Below are positions 1 to 9,375 of a DNA stretch of 64,000 nucleotides, piece after piece. Numbering within the stretch: position 1 is the first letter of the stretch; every line of letters starts with the position of its first letter. Position numbers and translations under genes: made by a program. A model generated the notes under the pieces. That model did not search any database. It saw only the letters and a program-made list of their open reading frames with translations, and was not told the origin of the DNA. This DNA comes from a virus. The stretch is taken from positions 1 to 64,000 of IMG/VR virus record IMGVR_UViG_3300016644_000052. The stretch is one strand, 5' to 3'.

Positions 1-1844
1 CCGCGATTGACCCTATCTTGCTGCGATCCAGCAGCAGCTTGATCGGCAGCCTGTGCCGCAGCAAGAAGCGGACCAAGATTGATGTTCTTGCCTTCGTTCT
101 CGTTCATGAACTTGGCCCGGTTGTAGCGATCCCAGGCCGCAGTGGCTTTGGCAACTGCGGCCTGATGTCCAGCATCCAGACGAGCTTGGGTGTCATTGGC
201 AGCAACAGCCCGTTCTACGTTTTCGTTGCTGTACTCTTCGATCAGCTTACTGGCTCGGCTATCATCAAAGTAGTTACCAGCTTGATTGCCACCAAAGAAC
301 CAAGTCGGCAGATTGCGCGTAAAGATGTTCGAGTTGAGGCTGTTGCCAGCAATCACCCCAGCAGACGCTGCGTTGATCGATTTGCCCTTATTGGCCGCAT
401 CGCTGATAATGCTGATAAGCTTTTCTCGGATAAAGCCTTGGCCCATACCTTGTAGGCCAGGATGGCTCTTATCCAGTTCCGCGGCAATTTCGTCGACCGA
501 GCGGCGGTCCCTAGCAGCAGCAATATACTGCGTTGCCATGTTGTTGGGATTACGCTCCATGTCGGCATTGGCTGAGCCAATCTCGCCATAAATCTCACCC
601 AGGCTGGAATAAGCCGTCGTTGCAGCATTCATGCGCTTACCCCGGTGCTCGCCAGAAGAACGTTCATAGAACTGGTCAATCAGACGAGCAGCTTCGGCAG
701 GATCCTTGGCATTGAGAATTGCATCACGCTGTTGAACCGTCATTCCAGCTTGAGCGGGATTATCAAATTCCCACTTCACAAACTGGGCTTGCTGCTCCAC
801 CGTAGCCTTGTGCGGATCGACGCCGAACATTTTGACGAAGTTGTCTCGACGTTCTTTGCGCCACTGAGCAATACCCGAAGCCGAGCCGCCATCACCCTGA
901 GCGCCGCCATAGCCACCCTCAGCGTGGAAATTGCCCAAGAGGCCTGCAACTACCGGAGCACTAAATCCGCTGTTCTTGAGCGTCGTTGCAACAGCTTTCT
1001 GTTGGGAGCCAAGAGTGAAATCACTAGCCCCGCCGCCACCATTGGCACTGCCAGAGTAGCCACCGCCATCTGAGCCAGACATGCCGCTTGTATCTGGAAA
1101 GCTCGAATTAATGCGGCCCATCACCAGGTTGAATGCTTTAGGGCTGAGATTTCCGGAGCGAGCGATACGCAGAGCATCGCTGCGATCAAACGCATCACGA
1201 TCGACTTGCATGTAAAACTTGTCGGCTTCATCGGCTGCCGCTCGGTCGGTAGTTTCCCAACCAAAGCGAGTCCCGCTCTGATCGTAGGCTTGTTGGGTTG
1301 TCGCCCGATTCCAGTAGTTAGTGAGACCGGAGAAAATTTTGCTCTGGGCGTCTGTCGCACCCTTCAACGAGAAATTCTTGAACAGGTCAGGATTTTCATC
1401 CCGCAGTTTTGCTAGACCGACCGTATTACCCGTCTCGGCCAGAGCCATAGCCTGCATAAGCAGCGGAGCCTTGGAGTCTTCGGTCTTAGTCTGGTTGAAC
1501 TCGTAGTTGCTCTTTTCCAGACCAAGCTTGCTATTGGCTTGGTTGTAGAGTGAACCAGTCCGAGCACCAGCGGCTGCCAGGCTTTCACCCGACAGGCGGT
1601 TCTTGTCGAACCCGTTGAACAAAGCGCCAGTCCGCAGCGCTTCTTCGTAAGCAGCCGGATCCTGATACTTCAGGAGTTCCGCAGCAAAAGCCTTGTTGAC
1701 CCGATCATTGATGCTGGCATCAACTTCGTTGATCCCGTTGCGGGCAGCATCGAATGCACTAGCCAGAGTACGAGAGAAGCTCTCGACACCGGACATGCTA
1801 TTCCGGAAGTCGGGAGCTGCGACTTCACGCCAGGTAAGAGCCAT
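1..1844 (-). CDS. virion-associated peptidoglycan hydrolase / internal virion protein, partial (3' end lies left of the window)
   Basis: Absent from the ORF track because there is no stop in the window. ATG at 1844 with AAGGA upstream; my own translation stays open to position 1 (about 614 codons). Contains GLLGNFHAEGGYGG..GSASGIAQWRKERRDNF, which resembles the phage tail lysozyme domain. Lies in the late structural block. Confidence 0.6.
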   Translation of the reverse strand, partial: MALTWREVAAPDFRNSMSGVESFSRTLASAFDAARNGINEVDASINDRVNKAFAAELLKYQDPAAYEEALRTGALFNGFDKNRLSGESLAAAGARTGSLYNQANSKLGLEKSNYEFNQTKTEDSKAPLLMQAMALAETGNTVGLAKLRDENPDLFKNFSLKGATDAQSKIFSGLTNYWNRATTQQAYDQSGTRFGWETTDRAAADEADKFYMQVDRDAFDRSDALRIARSGNLSPKAFNLVMGRINSSFPDTSGMSGSDGGGYSGSANGGGGASDFTLGSQQKAVATTLKNSGFSAPVVAGLLGNFHAEGGYGGAQGDGGSASGIAQWRKERRDNFVKMFGVDPHKATVEQQAQFVKWEFDNPAQAGMTVQQRDAILNAKDPAEAARLIDQFYERSSGEHRGKRMNAATTAYSSLGEIYGEIGSANADMERNPNNMATQYIAAARDRRSVDEIAAELDKSHPGLQGMGQGFIREKLISIISDAANKGKSINAASAGVIAGNSLNSNIFTRNLPTWFFGGNQAGNYFDDSRASKLIEEYSNENVERAVAANDTQARLDAGHQAAVAKATAAWDRYNRAKFMNENEGKNINLGPLLAAAQAADQAAAGSQQDRVNR

Positions 1845-1859
1845 GATCTATCCTTTGGT

Positions 1860-2258
1860 TCAGCCGCCGTTCCAGGCAGCCATCCGGTTCTGGTCGACGT
1901 ATTGCTGGATCTGTGCGGGCGTCTGACCTTCAGTGAAGCCACGAGCACGGGCACGATCTTCGATCGAGGTGTTGTAGGTCTTGATCGAGTTGGCCATGTT
2001 GGCGTTGGCAAACTTCTTCTGGAACTCGAACTGCTTGTTGGCCAAGCTCAGCTGCTTGAAAGCACCAAACAGGCTGCCCAGCGTCTGGAGACCGGCCAAG
2101 GCCATGCTCGCCTTGTCTTTGAAGTTCATCTGACCAAAGCCGCCTTGGCTCGGCATCAGCGCCTGATCGAAGCCATTAAGCCAACTAGCCTGCTGATCCA
2201 GGAAAGACTGCGGCAGAGAGAACGATGGCTGACCAGTATCAACATTGAGCAAAGACAT
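1860..2258 (-). CDS. hypothetical virion protein
   Basis: 132-aa track ORF, tightly packed between structural genes on the same strand. Confidence 0.5.
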   Translation of the reverse strand: MSLLNVDTGQPSFSLPQSFLDQQASWLNGFDQALMPSQGGFGQMNFKDKASMALAGLQTLGSLFGAFKQLSLANKQFEFQKKFANANMANSIKTYNTSIEDRARARGFTEGQTPAQIQQYVDQNRMAAWNGG

Positions 2259-2270
2259 GGACGCGACTCC

Positions 2271-4658
2271 TTAGATACTTGACGGCAACGCTGGAGTCAG
2301 AGTTGCGGTAGTGAATTCTGAGATCATTCCCAGGGAGATTTCTGCGATGTCAGAACCTGTCATTAAGGTTCGAGCGAGAAACTGGCCGGGAGTTTCCAAT
2401 GCGTTTCCGAAACTAGTGCCGGTTAAACTCATTGGATCAAGCATACCTTTATCATAGCCGACAATTTGTGCATAGGTGTTAGCAGCTTCAGCTGCTTGCT
2501 TTTCGTAAGAAGCCTGGAGATCAGTGATCTTTCCCATGACTTCACGGGCCGAAGCTTCAACATAGCCGGCAATGCCTGTACCAACGGCGCTGGTCAGTCC
2601 GATCAATCCCTGAGCAGACATCAGTCCGTTCCAGGCAGACGAAAGATTGCCACCAGCCAGCAGGTTTCCACCAACCGCCATACCAACGAAGGTGGTGATA
2701 GAAGCGATCAGCGCCCCCCACTTCTCACCAAAGATCGCAACCGAGACTTTGCCCAGGATCTGCATGATCAGGGAGGAGGCAATGGTATAAACAATGGCGC
2801 CGGCGATCAGAGCCAATGTCCCAGACAGACCGATTGCTGTACCGATGGAGGTCAGGATTGCTGCACCTTCCGCACCAAAAGGCGGAAAAACAATGGTGAG
2901 CGTAACGATCGCAGCAAAGAGGATGAACTTGAAGAAGCCGGTTTGATACCACTTCTTTTTGACGATCACGTAAGAGTTGAGCACCAGGTAGACGCAGGTC
3001 GTCATGAGCTGCGTGCTCTGGATCAAGCTCATCTCGTCGAGCGTGGCATAGTGCAGCGGCACCAGAAATCCACTCTCTTCCAGGTCTTCCAGCGCTGACC
3101 TGGCACTGATCAGAACAGCCTTATCGCGGTACACGTTGTTGTGATGGAAAGCGCTTATGATCGTCAGCTTACGCCAGGTGCTCGGGCCATCCTGCCAGCT
3201 GATCGTGAAGGACGTTCGATTGACTGAAATCGTGTCCAGGTAGGAGACGGGATCAGTTGCAACCCAATAACCAACAGGGTCGGGATTCAGGTCGATCCAG
3301 AGATCACCAGTCTTGGCTCCGTCCCTGACCAGACCTGTTCCGACTACCTCGGAAGCATCTTCAAAGTGAACGCCCACATCATAGACCACAGGATCACGAT
3401 TGGTGCTGACGTACACATTGAAGCCGGGCTGGCTGTCCTGGTTTGCTCCATCTGCTTCCGGCAGCAGACCAAGTTCGGCAAGCCAGGCTCGCTTGAAGAA
3501 ACGGTAGATGTACTCTTTGCCAGCGTTTTCCTTGGTATTCAGGGGAACACCATGAACAATGTAGGCATAGTCGATATCCCCGATGTCGGGGTTTTCCTTC
3601 ATCTTGGATACGAGGTCATCGTACCGCTGACCGGTGACTTTTTTGAAAGCCTTCTTGGAATAGGTATAGACGTTGGGAGCCGGGTGGTCGGGCACGAACA
3701 CGTTGTCCAGCATGACCGGAATAATAGGCAGGAATTCACCTTCCAGCTGCGAAACCCAGATGGCGTTGTCCAGCACATCATTGCCGCTGCCGTTCTTGTA
3801 GATCCAATAGATCGGACTGGACTCGCTTACGCCTGTGAGACGCTGTGTGTCTGATTTGGTTCGATAGTAGTACGTGCCATCGTAGAGGTGATAGTAGAAG
3901 TCGACAGTTAGTCTGGTCTTAATTGAGTAGGCTACGCCGTCTGACCCAATACCAACGTAAGATACTTTCTCGTAAACATTGGTGTAGCTCCACGAAACGT
4001 CATCAGATGTATCCACGCTTTCTTCAAGAATGGCCACATACGAATCAAAATCTTGGGCTAAAGGATCTGCATTGACCCACTCGCCATAAGCCCACGGCCC
4101 AATCGTCGTGTGATTGACCCTGGTGTACATCGCATAGATGTATGTGCTGCTCGTGCTGAAGTCGGCAGGGACAAAACTACCCAGCGTTGAGCTGCCGTAA
4201 TATACGGTTATCGTGTTGGCAGCTGCATTGTAGGTCGAGGTCCAACCAAGCCCATAGATTGTCGGGTGGTTCTGCAAAACCCACTGCTCAGCCCAGTAGG
4301 TATAGACGCCCTTCTTGGTTTCCAGCTTGTAGAAGTTGATCCCCTCGTTCCGCCCACGGGGAATCTGTGCAGCCACCTTTTGCTGGTTGATGATAGCCCG
4401 ACCACCCAGACCACCTACAGGCACACCGACCCAGCGATCATATTCGCTATCCAAAGCCCAATTGAAGAACTTGCGCATGTTGAGTCCGGGGCTACGCAGG
4501 TAGCCTGACCGGATCACATCTGCGGCAGAGTAGCGGGAGTTGGTGATGATATTTGCCGTCACCAACCCTTTGAGGAAGTTGGCGCGCTCAGTGATGTCGC
4601 CGGCCAGGTTATAGACCGTCGAAGCGACATAGACTTCTTCTCCGCCAAAAAACCCCAC
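2271..4658 (-). CDS. large virion structural/ejection protein with a C-terminal multi-TM Gly/Ala-rich region
   Basis: 795-aa ORF. The last roughly 230 aa are hydrophobic and Gly/Ala-rich (FILFAAIVTLTIVF.., GLSGTLALIAGAIVYTIASS.., FVGMAVGGNLLAGG). Position matches the N4-like structural module. Confidence 0.6.
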   Translation of the reverse strand: MGFFGGEEVYVASTVYNLAGDITERANFLKGLVTANIITNSRYSAADVIRSGYLRSPGLNMRKFFNWALDSEYDRWVGVPVGGLGGRAIINQQKVAAQIPRGRNEGINFYKLETKKGVYTYWAEQWVLQNHPTIYGLGWTSTYNAAANTITVYYGSSTLGSFVPADFSTSSTYIYAMYTRVNHTTIGPWAYGEWVNADPLAQDFDSYVAILEESVDTSDDVSWSYTNVYEKVSYVGIGSDGVAYSIKTRLTVDFYYHLYDGTYYYRTKSDTQRLTGVSESSPIYWIYKNGSGNDVLDNAIWVSQLEGEFLPIIPVMLDNVFVPDHPAPNVYTYSKKAFKKVTGQRYDDLVSKMKENPDIGDIDYAYIVHGVPLNTKENAGKEYIYRFFKRAWLAELGLLPEADGANQDSQPGFNVYVSTNRDPVVYDVGVHFEDASEVVGTGLVRDGAKTGDLWIDLNPDPVGYWVATDPVSYLDTISVNRTSFTISWQDGPSTWRKLTIISAFHHNNVYRDKAVLISARSALEDLEESGFLVPLHYATLDEMSLIQSTQLMTTCVYLVLNSYVIVKKKWYQTGFFKFILFAAIVTLTIVFPPFGAEGAAILTSIGTAIGLSGTLALIAGAIVYTIASSLIMQILGKVSVAIFGEKWGALIASITTFVGMAVGGNLLAGGNLSSAWNGLMSAQGLIGLTSAVGTGIAGYVEASAREVMGKITDLQASYEKQAAEAANTYAQIVGYDKGMLDPMSLTGTSFGNALETPGQFLARTLMTGSDIAEISLGMISEFTTATLTPALPSSI

Positions 4659-4676
4659 GGCCTTATATCCCCGCTA

Positions 4677-5867
4677 TTAGGTGAGACCGTTGTTTGTCTT
4701 GACCTTGGTAAGAACCGCATCGAGCGAAGCATTTTGGAACCCGCTGGGGGCCAACAGACCTTCGTCGATCGTCTTCTGCGTGATCCAGGCATCAGTAAAC
4801 AGCTTGGCTGCTTTGAGTTCCGCATCACGTTGGTAGGAAGTGATCTGCTGGGTGTAGAGATCCTTTTGCTTACCGATTGAACCAGTGATGGTTGTGCCAT
4901 CAGTGCGATTGTTAAGCGTCTGTGCCCGCTGCACTTCAACCTGCTCACCAATCAGTGCCAATTGCTTGGGCAGAATATTAGTCAGGTTGTAGCTCTGAAC
5001 CGAGTTTTCGGTAGCAAGATTGGTTGTCTTCTGGGTCGTTTCAGCTTTCTGGGCATCGACCAACAGTTTTTGAGCCGGCAGCATGGTTGCCAAGTTGTAA
5101 TCGAGGATCGAACCCTCTTTGCCCAGATTGCTTGTCTGAACGAGAACCTGCGCAGCCTTGTTGGTTTCATTTGACTTCTGGGCATCAACCAGGAGTTTTT
5201 GCGCTTCGACCATCAGCTTTTGGGCTGGCAGCATCGAAGTCAGGTTATAGGTCTGGACGCTGTTTTCCGTGACCAGATTAGTGGTCTGCTGCTGGATCTG
5301 AGCCAGCTGTGCTGGCATCGTGTTGGTCAGTTGGTAACGGGCAGTGCTGAACGCAATGCTTTCGTTGGAGAGCTTGATCTTGGTTAGGGCGTAGTTGATC
5401 TTCTGATTAATCGCTTCGCCGCGAACCGTTGCATACTGGACCTTTGCAGTCTCTAGCTGCACCTTGGCGGTATAGGCATCAATCTGTGCCCGCTGAGCTA
5501 CCCAGAATGCCTGATCCCGGCCAAGCAGGAACTGAACTGCACCGCTCATGGCCGCTTCGGTCATGGCAATATAAGCACGAGTATAATCAGCGCCGGTTAT
5601 CCGGCCTTTGTCAAATTCCTCTTTTAGGTGCGTGCTGAAGCTCTTCATCAGCACATCAAACGTTCCAGTGCCCCCGACAATTCCAGTAGTCAGGTTAGCA
5701 TTGGTCAGCTTGGAAACTTCGGCGGCAATATTGGTATTGGTTACAGTGGGCAGGGTATATCCCGTGCCAGACAGATCGACAGCCGGAATCGTGAATGTTT
5801 CAGCTGCCGTTAGCGAAACGGTCAGCTCATTAGCACGAACATCAATGTTATCGACGAGTTCAGGCAC
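4677..5867 (-). CDS. virion structural protein with internal coiled-coil repeats
   Basis: 396-aa ORF with a three-fold internal repeat (NL.TENSVQ.YNLT..LPAQKL.V.AQK). Structural-module context. Confidence 0.55.
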   Translation of the reverse strand: MPELVDNIDVRANELTVSLTAAETFTIPAVDLSGTGYTLPTVTNTNIAAEVSKLTNANLTTGIVGGTGTFDVLMKSFSTHLKEEFDKGRITGADYTRAYIAMTEAAMSGAVQFLLGRDQAFWVAQRAQIDAYTAKVQLETAKVQYATVRGEAINQKINYALTKIKLSNESIAFSTARYQLTNTMPAQLAQIQQQTTNLVTENSVQTYNLTSMLPAQKLMVEAQKLLVDAQKSNETNKAAQVLVQTSNLGKEGSILDYNLATMLPAQKLLVDAQKAETTQKTTNLATENSVQSYNLTNILPKQLALIGEQVEVQRAQTLNNRTDGTTITGSIGKQKDLYTQQITSYQRDAELKAAKLFTDAWITQKTIDEGLLAPSGFQNASLDAVLTKVKTNNGLT

Positions 5868-5894
5868 AGGATATTCCTTTGATCAACGCTTGGC

Positions 5895-6521
5895 TTACTC
5901 GACGCTACCGGCTGCCATCTGGGCAGCAGCCAGATCCTTCAGCTCTTCTTCGGTGAGCTGGGGCAGGACTTCGAGAGCGAATTCCTTGGCCCAGGTAGTA
6001 ACCGGGGTGGTGACACCAGTACGGCGATCACGAACCACGCGAATGCTAAGGAATCGACGGTCTTCCAGAAGGTTGTAGATGCACTTCGGAATATGGTAGC
6101 CATCATCGGTGTGCTCCCCGAACGGGACGAACTTGCGGATCGTGCCGATGTACTCGTTGGCCACCGTAATGATTTCGCCAGGCAGATCCTTCTTCTTGGG
6201 ATCCAGATTGGTAATCCGGACCCGGATCAGCTTGGTTGCCTCGGCGATCAGCTGCTCACGCAGCGAAGCCTTCTTGGCTTCGGGGCTGGCCAGCGGATTG
6301 ACTTCAGGCTCAGCCGCAGCTTCTTCCTGGCTTTCTGCTTCACCGGCCAGGTGAGCATCAATCTTTTCACGAAGCTTTTCTGCGCTGATGTTGTTCGAGA
6401 AGCTGATACCCATCAGCTTGGCTCGCTGCATCAGGACTTCCTTCTCGCTCAGAGTGGTGTCAGCGGCAGCTTCGGTGGTTTCTTCGGTCATGGATCGTGG
6501 TCCTGTTTGCTGGGATTTCAT
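5895..6521 (-). CDS. hypothetical head-associated protein
   Basis: 208-aa ORF immediately downstream (in the direction of transcription) of the major capsid gene. Acidic N-terminal half. No family recognised. Confidence 0.45.
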   Translation of the reverse strand: MKSQQTGPRSMTEETTEAAADTTLSEKEVLMQRAKLMGISFSNNISAEKLREKIDAHLAGEAESQEEAAAEPEVNPLASPEAKKASLREQLIAEATKLIRVRITNLDPKKKDLPGEIITVANEYIGTIRKFVPFGEHTDDGYHIPKCIYNLLEDRRFLSIRVVRDRRTGVTTPVTTWAKEFALEVLPQLTEEELKDLAAAQMAAGSVE

Positions 6522-6572
6522 GGGGAAATGGGGAGAAGCCTAAGCTCCCCCCCATTTATCCCTTGGCTCAGA

Positions 6573-7757
6573 TCAGAGCGGTGCAACCGTCTTGATCAGG
6601 CCGATGCGCTCGGGGCGCTTGACCAGGATACCGTAGTACCACTTGATCGAGCTGAACCCGGTCTCGCCGAACGGATCGTTGCGATCCGCGGTTTCCTTGC
6701 CCGGCATCTTGGTGAGAACCGAGAACTTGACCGACTTGCCGTCGGTCTGGAAACCGATGGTCGAGAAGCTGTCGTCACCGACAACCAGCATCGGATACAC
6801 ATCGTACTTGCCGCTGGTGGTGCGATAGCCGGGGTTGGTGCCAACCGTGGCGCCGACACCAGCCCAGTGCAGCATTTCCGGGACCTGAACGATACGGAAG
6901 GTATCGATCGTGCCGATTTCACCGTTCAGCACCGTACCGGCATCGCCGTAGTGCTGGACCGGGATGAACGCCTGGTTGTTAAACAGGTCCTTCATGCCCT
7001 TGAGGTGAGGCACCAGTTCCGAACCAACGAACATCACACGGGCAGCCGGGATGGTCTTGGTGTCGATCATCCGCGAGCCGGTGATGACCTTGGTCTGCTT
7101 CGGGGTGCGGTTGTCGGTCAGGATCTGGTCCAGACGCATCAGGTTGGCGTAGCTGACGATAGCTGCACCAGCGCCTTCACCCGTCACCGTACCATTGGTC
7201 GTTGCCGAACCGGCATAGACCACGACACCAGCAGCAGCCAGAAGGTCCTTCTGAAGGACAGCTTCGGTCAGCTGAACTGCACCATTCATCAGCTCACGGC
7301 TGAGGTGGTCCATCAGTTCTTCGTCCGAATCAAAGTCCATCGCTTCCTGAGTGAACTCAGTGAAGAAACCGAACTTGTACAGCGAGCCTTCGCGCTGAAG
7401 ACGGGTAAAGCCGACGCGGTTAACGCGGCCACCGTTTTCAGTCAGGGTCGGCAGCTTCGACGTAATGGTGCCAATATCCCGGCTCGAACCATACAGGTTG
7501 CCGTTCGAAATCGTGGCACCAGCAGCGTCAATGCCCTGGTCGTTGATGTTACGGGCGTCCAGCAGCGGAACGTACTCATAGACCTTGATCGACTTGCCGT
7601 AGTTCTTCGGCATGTTGACCGTGGCAGCCAGCGGCATGAAGTACTGTTCGGTGCGAGCTTCGATGATTGCCTTCTTCAGGTAGAAGAAGGTGTTCATCTG
7701 GGACGAGCCATCACCATCGATGTCGGAGGTCGAACCCCCGGTATTGTAGTTCAACAT
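6573..7757 (-). CDS. major capsid protein (N4 gp56-like)
   Basis: 394-aa ORF with the size and position expected between the scaffold-like gene and downstream virion genes. Composition is typical of an HK97-fold capsid protein. The antisense 557-aa ORF was rejected. Confidence 0.8.
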   Translation of the reverse strand: MLNYNTGGSTSDIDGDGSSQMNTFFYLKKAIIEARTEQYFMPLAATVNMPKNYGKSIKVYEYVPLLDARNINDQGIDAAGATISNGNLYGSSRDIGTITSKLPTLTENGGRVNRVGFTRLQREGSLYKFGFFTEFTQEAMDFDSDEELMDHLSRELMNGAVQLTEAVLQKDLLAAAGVVVYAGSATTNGTVTGEGAGAAIVSYANLMRLDQILTDNRTPKQTKVITGSRMIDTKTIPAARVMFVGSELVPHLKGMKDLFNNQAFIPVQHYGDAGTVLNGEIGTIDTFRIVQVPEMLHWAGVGATVGTNPGYRTTSGKYDVYPMLVVGDDSFSTIGFQTDGKSVKFSVLTKMPGKETADRNDPFGETGFSSIKWYYGILVKRPERIGLIKTVAPL

Positions 7758-7807
7758 AGCGAATAAATCCCAAGAGGCCTCTCAGACTCCACGCAGGAAT
7801 GTCTGGT

Positions 7808-8980
7808 TCAGAGGCGTCCGTTCATCTGTTTCAGGAATTCATCATCGCTCATGGCAAGCGGATTGATCTTTCCTGAGGCGGGACGAGTAGAGCTGACCCG
7901 TGTCGGGGAAGCTGCGCTCGCCTTGTCACCATTCGCCACTTGGGTCTTGGGAGCGGCTACACGAGTAGCAACGACTTGCGGGGTGCCCCCTGCATTGGTC
8001 GGCGCATTCTGAGCCGTCTGTCCGCTTAGACCTCGGAAAGCACCTGCTTGATACAGGGCATCACCGACCGTCTGATAGGCCTGGAGGAAAGGTGTGTTTG
8101 CCGGGATTTCTCCGAGAACTCTGCGGCGTTCCAGTTCAGCGGTAATGATATCGTAGATACCGTTTTCGCGCTGAGTATTGATGACCTGCATGATCTCGGG
8201 CTGTGCCCAGCAGGCTTCCTTGCTGGTTGGATCCCAGGTGGAGTCGATGACCTGGACCGTTTCCTGACCCAATGGAGTGGACGTAATGTCTTCCAGGGTG
8301 GAACGAAAAGCGATCTCTTCATCGCTGACCCGGTGATCTCCAGCTTGATAGCCAGAGTCTTCTGACGGATCGATATCCAATGGATCGATCCCCGAATCTT
8401 TGACGAGCTGCTTGATGGCTTCCGGGTTCCGCTTATCCAAATCGATCAGATAAGACAGCTTGCCCTCGTCAAGCAGATCGTTGTTCTGAAGCATCTGTAG
8501 CACTTTTCGGTGCGGTTGTAACTCCTGCATACGCTTGGTGTAGTTAGCACCCATCTGCATGAGCTTGATGGCTTCTTCAGGATCTTTGAGTTCGACAGTC
8601 TTTCCGTTTGCTTTGAACGGAGTCATGATCTGATCGAACGCAGCCTTGTAGCGCGAATACTCGGCCTCGCTGACTTCGATCTTCCGCTCTGCCTCGGGCT
8701 GGCTGTCGCCAGCCTCGGCAGCGGGATCTACGTCAGCCGGCCTCGTTTCAGCTTCAGGAGTAGGGGAGGGAGAGGTGGTATCTTCCTCACTGGCTCCAGC
8801 ATCGGAACCAAGGTCACCAGACTCCTCTTCACCAGCTGCTTCTTCTTCCTCGGCGGGAAGATCAGCGGGAGGCGTTTCATCTGAAGTGCCCTCTTCGCTC
8901 GGCGCCGGAGGGCTAGTGAGGTTGAGGAAGTCCTCGTCCGACATCTCCAGGATGTCTGTGCCGGTTCCGTCTAGGTTCAC
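7808..8980 (-). CDS. scaffolding-like protein
   Basis: 390-aa ORF between the portal and capsid genes. N-terminal third is strongly acidic and Pro/Glu/Ala-rich, followed by helical segments. Confidence 0.5.
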   Translation of the reverse strand: MNLDGTGTDILEMSDEDFLNLTSPPAPSEEGTSDETPPADLPAEEEEAAGEEESGDLGSDAGASEEDTTSPSPTPEAETRPADVDPAAEAGDSQPEAERKIEVSEAEYSRYKAAFDQIMTPFKANGKTVELKDPEEAIKLMQMGANYTKRMQELQPHRKVLQMLQNNDLLDEGKLSYLIDLDKRNPEAIKQLVKDSGIDPLDIDPSEDSGYQAGDHRVSDEEIAFRSTLEDITSTPLGQETVQVIDSTWDPTSKEACWAQPEIMQVINTQRENGIYDIITAELERRRVLGEIPANTPFLQAYQTVGDALYQAGAFRGLSGQTAQNAPTNAGGTPQVVATRVAAPKTQVANGDKASAASPTRVSSTRPASGKINPLAMSDDEFLKQMNGRL

Positions 8981-9342
8981 TGCTCATCCCCCTCGGCATC
9001 GAACAGGTCGAGAGCGTCATCTTCAGCACGAGCTTCAGCCAGAGCTTCTTCCAGCTCGGCCAGGTTACGCTCGGCAGCAGCACCCATTTGTACAGTCATC
9101 GACAGGAAGCGCTTCACATGCCCGGTAGCTTGAGCCATCGAGAGAGCATCTGCCCGCTGCTGGGCATCCATGGCCGGGTCAGACGACATCTGAACCAGAC
9201 GGGCAGCCTCAGTGACGCAGAAGTCTTCCAGGATCAGCTTCCGGAATTCCCGATTATTGGCGAGCTTGAGCGCCATCTGGCGACGGTTAACTAGATCCTG
9301 GGAGTCCTTGAGTTGCTGTTCAAGGGCAGTAACGTCTGACAT
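8977..9342 (-). CDS. hypothetical head-morphogenesis protein
   Basis: 121-aa helical, acidic ORF. Its stop overlaps the start of the next gene by 4 nt. Confidence 0.45.
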   Translation of the reverse strand: MSDVTALEQQLKDSQDLVNRRQMALKLANNREFRKLILEDFCVTEAARLVQMSSDPAMDAQQRADALSMAQATGHVKRFLSMTVQMGAAAERNLAELEEALAEARAEDDALDLFDAEGDEQ

Positions 9343-9375
9343 ACCTAATGGTCCTTAGATATTCGTTTGAGTTTT

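Noticed and set aside
6093-7766. 557-aa plus-strand ORF.
   Set aside because: It lies exactly antisense to the major capsid gene. Its composition is Arg/Leu/Gly/Val/His-rich and it has no RBS. It is a shadow ORF typical of GC3-rich coding DNA.
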